Shown here: positions 10,937-23,894 of the stretch, one piece after another | How positions within the stretch are numbered: the stretch's first letter is position 1 | Layout: each line of letters starts with the position of its first letter | From: Octopus bimaculoides | Taxonomy: Eukaryota | Assembly (NCBI RefSeq): GCF_001194135.2 | Contig: NC_068997.1 | Span: 54,111,975-54,175,974, forward strand | Reading direction: 5' to 3' | DNA: 64,000 bases | The notes under the pieces: model-generated | Told to the model about the DNA's origin: nothing | The model's input: only the letters and a program-made list of their open reading frames with translations | The model's database searches: none | Translations under genes and position numbers: made by a program

Positions 10937-13611
10937 AACCAGAAATCAGTCCAATATTATAGGAGACGTGGGTGCTGATTTCCTGTCATTCCAAAAAGAT
11001 AAACATTTTGTCCGAAGGAATTGCTCATCCGCTTTTCTGGAATTGCGTATTCATCCTTGCAATTCGCCCTCCTTTGTGTGTATATCTATCTATCTCTCCA
11101 TCTGTCTGTCTGTCTGTCTCCCCCTCCCCCCCCATCTCTCTCTCTCTCTGTGTATTTATCTATCTACCTACACACCTATATATGTATATATATATATTTT
11201 TTTTGTACATACGTATGTACCTACGTACGTATGTATGTATGTATTATGTATGTATGCATGTATAAAATTTGTGTATGAGCCTGTGTGTCGTTGTCTGTGT
11301 AATTCTGTTTTATTGAATTCACGACCTAATAATGTTATCATTTATTCTATAAAATTTCCTTTCGTTTGTTGCCGACTACAAGACTACAAGACCTGAAGTA
11401 ATCTTAATTTATTATTTTGACTGAAGGGAAAAACGACAAACCTAATTCCCAACATTTTTATCCAAGATCGTGACCCGTTTTCAATTATCGGCGAAAGTCG
11501 ACTGTACTTAATTTTTTTCATAGAACTAATGGCCCCGGGGTGAGGCATAAACATCACGCACCCTCATCTCATTTCCACTACCATCTCAAGTATTTCTCTT
11601 CTCGTGATTAGGCGATAAATCAATTATCATGACCGGTACATTACAGAAGCTAACTTCAAAAGAACGAGGACATCAAAAGAAATGTTGAGTGCATTCTTTC
11701 AGATATTACGCGATATCTCACAGCGGAACAATAATGTCTCTGACGAAGTGAAGATATTTATTATAACACTTCTAAGTTTCCTCCTTTCGCCATGTTATCT
11801 CTCATCAGTTTTGAAAGTTTTATTATCTCCAATTGCGTTAACGTAATCATCGTTGTTCGCTATCTACAACTTCATCTCACGTTGGTGTCTTTTCCTTATG
11901 AAGATAAATCTAACTTGTCGACACCAGAGTTTATACAAGTTCTTGTAGGAATGTTATTTTTATCAACGGTTGATCGTTGACAAAGAGATTACTGTCGACA
12001 TACACATAGTTTATATACATCGTTAATCAAGCTACACGCTGATTAACTTGTCTTACCTTTTACTATTTTCTCGTCTGTGATTGCATGAGAATATCATTTT
12101 CTCTTTCGTCTTATCTCAGTTCTTGCTCCTCACCACCAACTCATAGTCTTTATTCAACGATTCGATTCTCTGTTAAAAAATGTTCTTGTATTTTCACCTT
12201 AGTAACTTCCGAAGCTTTCATTAACCATTTCACAGCAATATTTCGACACTTGCCGCCATAGTGAGATTATTTTTGTTAACGACTGCTATTCGACTGCAAC
12301 GACTGCAGCGCCACCTCTGTAACTCACAGCTTCTTAACATCAACACACGTAAACAAACACATTTTAAAGTTATCTACGACATGCACAGTTCTGTACAGCA
12401 GCACTGATAGCATATCCCATGTATGTATGTATGTATGTATGTATGTATGTATTTCTGCAACTCACTGATTATGTATTTAGATCCTGTATTTCTTCATGTA
12501 ATTGAAAAATATCCTGTAATTATTTTGCAAACTTCAGCAGTTTTTTTTTCAATTCATAAATGGCGTAATCTGAATGAACAGAAACAGTAATCCGAAGGTG
12601 AAAGAATTCCACGAATTAGGTACTCCAAAATCAGTCACAAGGCCGGGGTCCGTGTTCAGCGTGCAGTATATAGTGTGTATCGTTGGCGATTGTCTTCCTC
12701 CGCCTTCCCTTCTTTTGGACTTTCCTCTATTTCTGAAGAAGAGATTTACTCGAAACGTAAAAAGTCCTCTTTCTTTCCTTTCCTGAGCGTCTGATAATAC
12801 AGTACTTGTACCACGTCCACGCGGTGTTTTTTTTTGTTTGTTCTTCTTTGTTTGGATTCACTATATAGCTTATATTCGTTCTTTGACGCTACCATTCGAG
12901 AAAGTGAGACTACAGTTACTCTACTTTGACTCAGAGTACAACCCGTGCTCACTTAGGAGTTCAAATCAACTAACTCAACCAGTATTACCCCCTTCAGTGT
13001 GTGAATTATTCTATTTCTCACTAGACAGTTTTAATTATACATTAAACATATTCTTTCGGTTATATTTTATATCATATTTTTGTCATTATATTTCGTTCTA
13101 TAAATGGTAGAACTGTAGCAATATCAGATCAAATAATTTGTATTATTTAATTATTAAGTTACATGAAATATATTTTATGGTTTATTTTGTTATCATTATT
13201 AATATCTTTATAGCTGGCAGAATATTAAATATACGAAGAAAAGCAATTTTCAGTTCTTCATATGCAAATACATTCTAAATTATATAAAATACATATTTGT
13301 ATTGTATTTACAGTGTTATTCATATTATTGTGAATAACAAAATAAAAACTATGCTCGGCCAAATAATGCACTAAATAATCAAACTTATTTAATAACATTG
13401 TGCGTAGCAGCAGCGGTCGTACTAGCGGCGTCGTGGATTTGAGAGTACAACTTCATTGAGATTGCAAAGCGAACTTCATCAACGTTTGGTCATATTCCAT
13501 CCGAACTGTTTATCTTTCATCTCTTACTTGTTCCATCTTTTACTTCTTGCGTCGATGCAACAGCTACCGATCAGCAAAGAATTGAAAGGGAAATGCTTGG
13601 TATAATATTAT

Positions 13612-13915
13612 GGCACTCCATTGGTTGCGACGACGAGTTTTCCATTTCATCCGATCTAGAGAACAGCCAGCTCGTGAAATTAACAGTTGAGCACTCCACA
13701 AATATGCGTACACTTAACATAGTTCTAAGAAAGATTCAACGAGACACAGAATGTGACAAAGCTGACCCTTTGAAAAACAGGTACATATAATTTTCAACGC
13801 TTGGAGTAGAGTAACGTAAGATAAAGTGTCTTGCCCAAGGACACAACACGTTACTGTGTATCGAACTCATAATTGTGGGCCGAATATCTGAACCACTGAG
13901 TCACGGGCCTTCACA
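13612..13915 (-). mobile_element. SINE family C, near full length
   Basis: Reverse complement has head TGTGAAGGCCCGTGACTCAGTGGTT...GAGTTCGATAC, then CCTTGGGCAAGACACT, and tail GTGGAGTGCTCA..TTAATTTCACGAGC..GATCGGAT..CTCGTCGTCGCAACCAATGGAGTGCC as in the 35788 copy. Confidence 0.8.
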
Positions 13916-14681
13916 AATGCTTCATCTAAAATTTATCTGTAATTAAATATGTTAAAAATTAGAATTTTGAAAAATCGTATTGTTACGTTGATTCCAGCAA
14001 AGACATTCAATTCAATGCAAATGTTAAAAGTTAATTGTGTTCAGTATGAGCATCCGTCTAAAAATAATGTAAACGTAAGCACACTTTTCTTTTTATTACG
14101 CTTTCTACTACGGAAAACAGATATATCAATTCAAAATTTCATTACCTTTTACTACGGAAAGCAGTTTTACATACTGAGCTGTCTTTTGTTGAGGAATGTC
14201 ATGTTTGAAACTATTTTCTGCAGAGAGATGTCAAGTTTATTGAGGCAACGTGAGTTGCAGAAAATACCAATTCTATATTTGGTAGATATTTAATGTCGTT
14301 ACAGGAAGAACCATGAAATTTAATTTCGCAGTGAGAAAGTTAACTGAAATACATCATTTAAATTGCACATGTTGGAGAGTAACATTTCCTCTATACAAGG
14401 ATATGATTAGTTTCCATCAAAAGCGATACATCTGTATCATTGTTAAACCTAATTCTTTACTCCTCTTTGAAAAACCTTCAGCTGTTTCCTTTGTACCAAA
14501 TCATTAAGTGCTACTTTCAGCTTAAGTGCATCATCAGATCCACATCCTTGATGACTGTTCATCTTTAGTCCGAAAAGATGGGTATCAGAGATACCAGATG
14601 CAGGCACTTGAGTCGGTGGGAGGCCAATGATCAAACGAAGTTTCCGGAATGCCTAATTTGTTGCAAAATATGCGTCTGAGT

Positions 14682-15108
14682 AAGGCAGCGAGCTGGCACA
14701 ATCGTTAGCACGCCGGGCGAAATGCTTAGCGGTATCTCGTCTGCCTCTACGCTCTGAGTTCAAATTCCGCCGAGGTCGACTTTGCCTTTCATCCTTTCGG
14801 GGTCGATTAAATAAGTACCAGTTACGAACTGAGGTCTATGTAATCGACTTAATCCCCTTGTCCGTCCTTGTTTGTCCCCTCTATGTTTAGCCCCTTGTGG
14901 GCAATAAAGAAATAAGAAACGTTAGCATGCCGGACGAAATGCTTAGCGTCTGCCTTTACGTTCTGAGTTCAAATTCCACCGCGGTCGACTTTGCCTTTCA
15001 TCCTTTCGGGGTCGATAAATTAAGTACCAGTTGCGTACTGGGGTCGATCTAATCGACTGGTCCCCACCCTCAAAGATCTCGGGCTTTGTGCCTAGAGTAG
15101 AAAAAAAA
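14682..15108 (+). mobile_element. Head-to-tail pair of SINE family A units (14682-14915 and 14916-15108)
   Basis: Two consecutive copies of GTTAGCA.GCCGG.CGAAATGCTTAGCG...TCTGAGTTCAAATTCC.CCG.GGTCGACTTTGCCTTTCATCCTTTCGGGGTCGAT.AA.TAAGTACCAGTT, with different 3' tails. Confidence 0.9.
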
Positions 15109-15526
15109 TATGTGTCTGGTCACGCAGATATTTCGTTCTCGTTCGGTCTTGTTGTGCTACTGGTTTCTCCACTATTTCCCTTCAACAAAGACGATAGAAG
15201 CGTTATTCTATGAACATGTGCAGTCTAAACGAGCTACATCTGTTGATAATTATAATTACATCCACTTTTGCATTACTTTCGTGATCACCCTTGTATATGG
15301 AATGCATAATTAAATAGTAGAAAATATTACGGTAGATAAAAACTATCGCAAAATGCTAAGACATTTACAGAAAATATTTGGTTAAAGTTGTTTTTTATTG
15401 TTCTTCACAATATTTCAGTAGCCATACTTCTAAAGAGAAAACTGGCATCTATCCTTCTTTAAATTTGTTGGAATCACATGTAAAATTGAAATTCACTTTA
15501 TTTGCGATATTTTCGTTTATTTCCAG

Positions 15527-15568
15527 AATGAAATTTTAAGGAAGAAATACAACACGAATCTGAAAGAG
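15527..15568 (+). other. Candidate 42-nt micro-exon (NEILRKKYNTNLKE), gene unknown
   Basis: Acceptor TTTTCGTTTATTTCCAG and donor GAG|GTAAGT are near-consensus. Length is a multiple of 3 and only phase 0 is open. No recognisable domain. Confidence 0.35.
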
Positions 15569-16179
15569 GTAAGTTAATATAGAATTAAAGAACTTTTGGT
15601 TCGGGTAAATATTGTACTAAATATCTGCTAACGTAGAATGAACATGAACTAATCTATAATTATCTGATATAATATTATTACTGTATTTAGAAGGATTTAA
15701 TACGCTAAACTTTAGATTCTTTACAAATTATATTATAACCGATTTTGATTTTATTCTGTTTTGGATTGTGAATATAATTCCCACAGATTCCAGAAATATC
15801 TATATGACATAACATTGTTTCTAAAAGTATGAGGAACCCAGATTGAAAATATATATTGATTCGTTGAACAACAATACGCTTTCAGGTTTGATTCCACCGC
15901 TTGGCACCTATTTGGCACCTGCTTGGCACCTGATGCTATTCTACTCTGCTATACATATGGTTAGACCCCAAGCTCCACTACGCGTCACATTGTATCCCAC
16001 AAGACGCACTGTTTGCAGTTAAATTGGATTGACAGGAATTGTATGGCACCATAGTCGATAGAAAACAATGTTATATCAGTTCGAAAGTGATTGATTTGGT
16101 GTTTTGGCTGAGTCTTACGGTATGAAAATAATTATGAGACATGGTTTCTTCCACCAGTTCCTGGCTGAGATTTTAACCA

Positions 16180-16310
16180 AAAATGTGCAGTAATTCAACA
16201 ACCTTGGCTAGTATTTTATATATTGATCCAGGAAGAATGAAACAAAGTTGGCTCGGCGGGATTTGAACTCAGAAAGCAAAGCAAGCGCCGGAGTATAGGC
16301 AACATTTGCT
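16180..16310 (-). mobile_element. SINE family A, diverged copy
   Basis: AAAGTTGGCTCGGCGGGATTTGAACTCAGAAAGCAAAG is the reverse complement of the family A core. Confidence 0.7.
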
Positions 16311-16704
16311 AAATATAAACGGAGAATATTTGTCTGTTGCAACATTCTCATGGAGAAAGACATTTTCTTAGTAGATGTCTTTCTTCCAATCTTGAACCAA
16401 AAGACGTTATGTGGATTTGCCAAGGGAAGGTGCTAGCCTCATCGTGGCCGAGCGATTGACTAAATATTGCAGCTTAAAATCGTAATAAAAAAGAACTCAA
16501 CTTCGTAGCTCGCTGGACAGTAACAGGGGACGGTATTCATATGAGGGATACTGCACACCACAACACAGGTCAGATGTTTTGGCAAATTTTCTCATTTACT
16601 TATTTGTTAATTTGTTATAATTCATTTGTGTGTGCGTGCGCATCACCAATTTTTCCTTTGTGATGTCATAGGCCGATGGCACCGTTCCGACATTATTTAC
16701 ATTA

Positions 16705-17010
16705 AGGTATACATGGCGCCATAATCAAGTCCTTGGCGTCATAAGTGCAGCACTCAAGGAGAAGATCGAGGGATACAACAGAGGAGAGTACCCCAAAGTG
16801 GAAAAGCGCAGGAAAATATACTTCCAGAAGGAGGGAAAAGGACATAAGATCAGGCCTCCAAATAAAATATATGAGATAGACGAAAGATGGAAGGGATACT
16901 GGGAGCTGGCCACGGATTTGGGAAGTCTAGCAATTTTTCCACTTATAAAAACAACAAAAAGACCAGACTTAACCATATGGGACACAGAACAGAGAATAGG
17001 AATCTTGCTA
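16705..17010 (+). mobile_element. Hero/R2-group non-LTR retrotransposon fragment (post-zinc-knuckle region and start of the restriction-enzyme-like endonuclease)
   Basis: Uninterrupted 102-codon frame RYTWRHNQVLGVISAALKEK...WELATDLGSLAIFPLIKTTKRPDLTIWDTEQRIGILL. RYTWRHNQVL and W.L..DL....FP....T..RPD..IW are hallmarks of REL-type LINEs, Hero-like in particular. Cut by the N-gap at 17011. Confidence 0.85.
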
Positions 17011-17906
17011 NNNNNNNNNNNNNNNNNNNNNNNNNNNNNNNNNNNNNNNNNNNNNNNNNNNNNNNNNNNNNNNNNNNNNNNNNNNNNNNNNNNNNNNNNN
17101 NNNNNNNNNNNNNNNNNNNNNNNNNNNNNNNNNNNNNNNNNNNNNNNNNNNNNNNNNNNNNNNNNNNNNNNNNNNNNNNNNNNNNNNNNNNNNNNNNNNN
17201 NNNNNNNNNNNNNNNNNNNNNNNNNNNNNNNNNNNNNNNNNNNNNNNNNNNNNNNNNNNNNNNNNNNNNNNNNNNNNNNNNNNNNNNNNNNNNNNNNNNN
17301 NNNNNNNNNNNNNNNNNNNNNNNNNNNNNNNNNNNNNNNNNNNNNNNNNNNNNNNNNNNNNNNNNNNNNNNNNNNNNNNNNNNNNNNNNNNNNNNNNNNN
17401 NNNNNNNNNNNNNNNNNNNNNNNNNNNNNNNNNNNNNNNNNNNNNNNNNNNNNNNNNNNNNNNNNNNNNNNNNNNNNNNNNNNNNNNNNNNNNNNNNNNN
17501 NNNNNNNNNNNNNNNNNNNNNNNNNNNNNNNNNNNNNNNNNNNNNNNNNNNNNNNNNNNNNNNNNNNNNNNNNNNNNNNNNNNNNNNNNNNNNNNNNNNN
17601 NNNNNNNNNNNNNNNNNNNNNNNNNNNNNNNNNNNNNNNNNNNNNNNNNNNNNNNNNNNNNNNNNNNNNNNNNNNNNNNNNNNNNNNNNNNNNNNNNNNN
17701 NNNNNNNNNNNNNNNNNNNNNNNNNNNNNNNNNNNNNNNNNNNNNNNNNNNNNNNNNNNNNNNNNNNNNNNNNNNNNNNNNNNNNNNNNNNNNNNNNNNN
17801 NNNNNNNNNNNNNNNNNNNNNNNNNNNNNNNNNNNNNNNNNNNNNNNNNNNNNNNNNNNNNNNNNNNNNNNNNNNNNNNNNNNNNNNNNNNNNNNNNNNN
17901 NNNNNN

Positions 17907-17938
<32 letters not shown>

Positions 17939-18399
17939 GTATGTATATATCTTCACTATACATTATACGCACACGCACACACACGCACATATAGATGTTA
18001 ATGTAAAATGGCTCTTCGGAATAGCTGACAAGATCCGGGATGGTGTTGACCTTCCTTAACGATAACAAATTAGATGGAATCATTACCCGGAGCGTTTTGA
18101 CGACGCCATTCGTAACGAGCCATGTTTATTTAACACAGGAAACTCTTTGAGACACGTGTGGTAAACCAACATAAGTCTCGTCTGTCAGAGACGAAATTTT
18201 ACAGCAATTGCCGCTTTGCGTTTGTATTATTGATTGTAAATGTTATTCACCTCATTATTGTTAACATTGAATATAAAACAACAATAGTCAACGTCTGTTT
18301 TGTATCCTTTATCTGTTCACATATTGCCCAGCTATTGTTAATAAAGGCAATCACTTTGAAAACGGTCTGAAAAAAAAGTTGCATTTAATACCATCCTTG

Positions 18400-18562
18400 T
18401 ACATAGAAATAACGAGATGGGGAAAGAGTGAATAGGGAGAATAAACGGGAATAAGTAGGGCTGAATAAAAGTGAAATAGACTTCCTTGGTATTTGAACTC
18501 AGAGCGCAGACATTCGGAAGCAACATCGCAACGCAGTCCATTCACTGCTCCGTCGATTCTGT
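18400..18562 (-). mobile_element. SINE family A, diverged copy
   Basis: TATTTGAACTCAGAGCGCAGAC and flanks match the family A reverse complement. Confidence 0.6.
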
Positions 18563-19073
18563 AAATCGACTAATTTTTATTTATACATATACACCCACGC
18601 GCACAAACACACATACAGACAGATAGATAGATAGATAGATAGAGAAATAGATAGATTGATTGATAGAGATAAAGAGAGACAGTGAGAGAGAAACAGTGAG
18701 AGAGAGAGAGAAAGAGATGCGTACATACATACGTAATACATACATTTACATATAAGTATAATATATATATATATGCACACACACAAATATGTATAAGACA
18801 CCGTGTTTTCTAATTACATGTATGCATATATACATCTGCTTAGAAACGTATATATGTAATATCCATATATATGTATACATATAAATACATAGAGATAAAT
18901 AGATATACGTCTACATTCATTTTTCTTTGTATAGGTGTGTACACGCATACACATACACACACTTAGGTATATATGTGTACATGAGGGGTATGATACCGAC
19001 ATTTCTAATCGCATACATCTATATATACATGCTGAAGATATGAATGTACATACATGCATAAGTATGTATATAC

Positions 19074-19105
<32 letters not shown>

Positions 19106-20289
19106 GTGAGCTGTTTTGAGAATCATGACGATGTTTTATGAATATAATTATAAAATGCCACGTTTTGCCAGAAGGTTGAAGCAAAAAGCAACAATAGATG
19201 TTTATGGCTAATCTTTTTTACAATTTATTTTCTACGTTTCTCACCTTTTCAGTTTTATTATCAATCACTAACATTGAAGATATTAGTTGTGAAGTGTATT
19301 CAACACTTCTTTATCTTCTTCTTTTAATTCACAGTCGTCTTACGCTCTTCAATTATGAAGAGAATATTTGTTGTGAAAGCTTTAAACCTAAAGAGACGAT
19401 TTACAAGTTAACTTTATCACACATAAAAATTCTGCTGCTATAGAATTCAATTGGATTAATTTCCAATGTNNNNNNNNNNNNNNNNNNNNNNNNNNNNNNN
19501 NNNNNNNNNNNNNNNNNNNNNNNNNNNNNNNNNNNNNNNNNNNNNNNNNNNNNNNNNNNNNNNNNNNNNNNNNNNNNNNNNNNNNNNNNNNNNNNNNNNN
19601 NNNNNNNNNNNNNNNNNNNNNNNNNNNNNNNNNNNNNNNNNNNNNNNNNNNNNNNNNNNNNNNNNNNNNNNNNNNNNNNNNNNNNNNNNNNNNNNNNNNN
19701 NNNNNNNNNNNNNNNNNNNNNNNNNNNNNNNNNNNNNNNNNNNNNNNNNNNNNNNNNNNNNNNNNNNNNNNNNNNNNNNNNNNNNNNNNNNNNNNNNNNN
19801 NNNNNNNNNNNNNNNNNNNNNNNNNNNNNNNNNNNNNNNNNNNNNNNNNNNNNNNNNNNNNNNNNNNNNNNNNNNNNNNNNNNNNNNNNNNNNNNNNNNN
19901 NNNNNNNNNNNNNNNNNNNNNNNNNNNNNNNNNNNNNNNNNNNNNNNNNNNNNNNNNNNNNNNNNNNNNNNNNNNNNNNNNNNNNNNNNNNNNNNNNNNN
20001 NNNNNNNNNNNNNNNNNNNNNNNNNNNNNNNNNNNNNNNNNNNNNNNNNNNNNNNNNNNNNNNNNNNNNNNNNNNNNNNNNNNNNNNNNNNNNNNNNNNN
20101 NNNNNNNNNNNNNNNNNNNNNNNNNNNNNNNNNCACACACACACGAGTAAGTGGGCATACGAAAGAAAAAGGGACTCAACGCCATTCTAAAGGTCTGAAA
20201 GACTCCAGCGAAACTTGAAGTGGCACGGAACTCATTCAAACTGTTTTAAACAATACACGCACACACGCACACCCACATACACATACACA

Positions 20290-20520
20290 CACACACACAT
20301 ATCTTTATGTCCGTATTTGTCCCTCACCACCGCTTGACAATTGGTGATAGCTTGTTTTCGTCCCTGTTACATCAGCGGTTCGGCAAATGATACCGATAGA
20401 AGAAGTACCAAGCTGGACAAACGAACGGTGCTGTTTTCGAATCATTCATGCAGAATCTTTTCAATGCGGTGCTCCAGCATGGCCGGAGTTTAGGGACTGG
20501 GAAAAAGTAAAAGAAAAAAG
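20290..20520 (+). mobile_element. SINE family B, right arm and tail
   Basis: TTTGTCCCTCACCACCGCTTGACAA...GCGGTTCGGCAAA..ACCGATAGA..AAGTACCA...GCGGTGCTCCAGCATGGCCG. Confidence 0.8.
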
Positions 20521-20953
20521 AAATACAAGATAATGTTAAAGAAATGGGCAGAGACAGGTGTACTTTAAGACCAGCATTATATGATCCTATTTTTCACTTT
20601 TTTAAGAAAATAGGGGACGCTTTTTGGACAGTTATGGCGTTACTTTTTGCCCATCGAGTGACCAGGTAATGGCACCTCTTTTCTCTCTTTCGACAGGTAT
20701 CGCGCTGACTGCGAAGTTTGAAGGGTGTAGATTATCTTGGGAAATACAAAAAAAAAAAAAATGGGAGATGAGATGAAGATAAATGCTATCAAGCCTTTAC
20801 TTCAGTGTTTTCGTAAGGAATATTGGAAGTCTCTACAATCTCTACAGATATTTCGATTCTTACACACAGAAGAGAACACTACAGAGGAACTCTTAACGGA
20901 ACCGTTGCATTATGAGAATATCCAAACACGATATAAACAACACATACATCAAC

Positions 20954-21009
<56 letters not shown>

Positions 21010-21263
21010 CTGGTGTTGAGGGTGGTGGTGGTGGGGATAGATTTTGTTGTATTCATAACTTTATGAATGTTAAAATGTATGGATGCTTTCAGTGATCCAA
21101 AGAAACAATAATTGTTATTGATCCATGCACCGCACACACACACTATAACAATCGCGCCGCACACAGACGCACATATACATACACACGTACATTCAAAATT
21201 GCATATATATTCGTGTGTGTCTGTGTGTTATGTATGTATAAATGTTTACATCTATACATGCCC

Positions 21264-21294
<31 letters not shown>

Positions 21295-21994
21295 NNNNNN
21301 NNNNNNNNNNNNNNNNNNNNNNNNNNNNNNNNNNNNNNNNNNNNNNNNNNNNNNNNNNNNNNNNNNNNNNNNNNNNNNNNNNNNNNNNNNNNNNNNNNNN
21401 NNNNNNNNNNNNNNNNNNNNNNNNNNNNNNNNNNNNNNNNNNNNNNNNNNNNNNNNNNNNNNNNNNNNNNNNNNNNNNNNNNNNNNNNNNNNNNNNNNNN
21501 NNNNNNNNNNNNNNNNNNNNNNNNNNNNNNNNNNNNNNNNNNNNNNNNNNNNNNNNNNNNNNNNNNNNNNNNNNNNNNNNNNNNNNNNNNNNNNNNNNNN
21601 NNNNNNNNNNNNNNNNNNNNNNNNNNNNNNNNNNNNNNNNNNNNNNNNNNNNNNNNNNNNNNNNNNNNNNNNNNNNNNNNNNNNNNNNNNNNNNNNNNNN
21701 NNNNNNNNNNNNNNNNNNNNNNNNNNNNNNNNATATATATATATATATATATACATATGCACACATTTATAGGAATATAATGTACTTCTGTATACAATGT
21801 ATATACACGTATATATTTGTGTATATGCATATCATACGATGTGGACCCAGATTCACACTCACACACACACACACATATATGCATATGATCGTGCATAACC
21901 ACGCTGATGCACAAACGCACCGAGCCTCTGCATTTTACCAGTTAACAGCAACAACAATAATACCAGCAACAACAACAACCACAACAACAATACC

Positions 21995-22033
<39 letters not shown>

Positions 22034-22779
22034 AACGACAACAACTATTTGTTATGATTACTTTGAGTAAAACTTGTCGTGTTATTTACTAAGATAAGCA
22101 ATCTCGTATCTCCGATGTGCAGCTGCAGCATGTTGCAACATTTATTGCAAGTTATAAAACAGCAGCTCCTACTCCAGCATCTCAAACAGAATATATTGTA
22201 CATATATAGCAATCAGTTGCAGCTTCAACATTGCATCGATATAAGCTGCAGTGAGTGCGCAGCGTACATTGTAATATGCAGGCTCGTTGCATTAACAGAT
22301 TTTTATAAATACGGAGGATATTTGTAAGTCAATGAGGTTTGATAACGGCATGTATATCTTCTCGTATGTCTTGTCGTCCTGTATTAATTATGGTAAATAA
22401 AACATTGTAACTGGAAGCAATTGCCGAGATTTGAATCTTTATAGTTATGTCAAATACTGAAGTTAGTTATCTTGCCTTTCATTTTTAGAGGCAAAGACGT
22501 AAGAAAGGAGAGAAAACCCCTAAGTTTACCCTTCTAAAAATATATTCAGTAGATGACACGGTCCAAATATACGCACACACACACGCACACTTGTATGTAT
22601 ATTTGTGTGTTTGTGTGTGGATGTGTGGCATACAAATTCTCCACCTTAGCAGGACCGCGTCCATTTCATGATTTTTGCCAGCTGAGTGGAACACAATGAA
22701 ATGAAGTCACGGTCGTTGCATTCTGTAGAGCGATTGACCCCAAAACGTTTCACCATCTTATTTAACCTTTTTGAACGAA

Positions 22780-23160
22780 GAGCAAGTTCTCTCGTCCTGC
22801 ATCATGCTTCCAGCAGGATGACATGGAGGTCTTGTGAACAGCTCGAAACATACCTGAAATCCAGTCTGTTACAAATGGAGCACCAAGCTTGAAAAGTATA
22901 TCTTCACGATACGGATTACTGCAAGAAGCCTCATACGTAAACACAAAAGGAAACCTTGATTATTCATTTAGGATTGGAAGCAAATAATGGTAAAAATTAC
23001 ATGACGACAGAAGATGATGGAAATCAATACAAAGGAGTTCAAATAGTTGGAAGAACTTGATGTAAATCTATGAACCAAGGAGATGCTATCGAGGAGGATC
23101 CTGCAATGGAGTTGCAAGCAGTGTTATTACAACTAGATGTGTATCGGATATTGCAATCAT
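22780..23160 (+). mobile_element. Highly decayed REL-type LINE fragment (tentative)
   Basis: RMTWR, then in another frame KP*LFI*D, echoing YTWR and RPDLTIWD of the 16705 element (TAG could derive from TGG). Many stops and frameshifts. Confidence 0.3.
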
Positions 23161-23558
23161 TTAGTAATAATTCCTTGAGCCATCGAAGAAAATTATCATG
23201 GTTAGATTTTGTGACTGAATATTAATGAGACCACTTGTTGATCAAAGAGTAATTAGGAAAGATAATTAATGAATAATGTAAAATAGTTTGAAATGAAATA
23301 GTTCTTCATTTTCTAAATCTTTTTATCTCGTCTATTGATGAAAGATTTTCTGTAAATCAAGAACGAAGTCCGGAGGAGAAAGTGAGGAGGTTTATTAAAC
23401 AGTAAAAAGGCACCCACAGTTACAGTCAGGAATCAGAATATATAGTGGAACTTTAGATAAGATTGGTAGGATAGATAGATAGAGCGAGAGGGTGGGGATA
23501 GGGAGAGGGAGAGAGAGTGGGAAACAAGGGAGAACGACTATTAAAGTTTTCTCTATAT

Positions 23559-23894
23559 CATAGGTTCTCAAAGTGGGCGCTACTATCCCCCGCTGGGCGT
23601 TGAGTCGGTCCAGGTGGGCGCTGGTACCCAAGGAGGTGGTGGTGGGGGATGTAGCTAAAAAGGAGGCGTTGGGAGGAAGACGGTGGATTGTGGGTTGCTA
23701 TGAATTTGTTATAATATTATTAGAGTATTGTATACAAATTATATAATATTATATTAAATATCAAATAATTCTTAGTATATATAAATTAGTAAAATATAAA
23801 ATATATCTTTATACAGAAAAATAGGGGTGGGGGCACTGAGGGTATTATGTGGCCATGAGGCGGGGCGATGGCCCAAAAAGTTTGAGAACCTCTG
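23559..23894. mobile_element. hAT (Charlie-type) MITE with both termini and an 8-bp target-site duplication
   Basis: Termini CATAGGTTCTCAAA...TTTGAGAACCTCTG are imperfect inverted repeats. Flanks are CTCTATAT (23551-23558) and CTCTAGAT (23895-23902), a 7/8 match to each other and close to the NTCTAGAN target typical of Charlie. GC-rich subtermini, AT-rich centre. Confidence 0.85.

Noticed and set aside
12059-12170. Minus-strand segment with a good acceptor (TTTTTTAACAG) and donor (AAG|GTAAGA)
   Set aside because: Stops in all three frames. It could only be a non-coding exon and has no other support.
14449-14634. ISDTHLFG resembling metallophosphoesterase motif I
   Set aside because: No further motifs, no splice sites, and stops on both sides.
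15900-15932. Three tandem 11-bp units (TTGGCACCT core)
   Set aside because: Looks like local slippage in a SINE B head remnant (GGTTTGATTCCACCGCTTGGCACCT). It is not a CRISPR-like array because there are no spacers.
16702-16709. TTAAGGTA, matching the R2 28S rDNA target core, at the 5' junction of the REL element
   Set aside because: No surrounding 28S sequence, and AGGTAT is simply the Arg-Tyr codons of the element.
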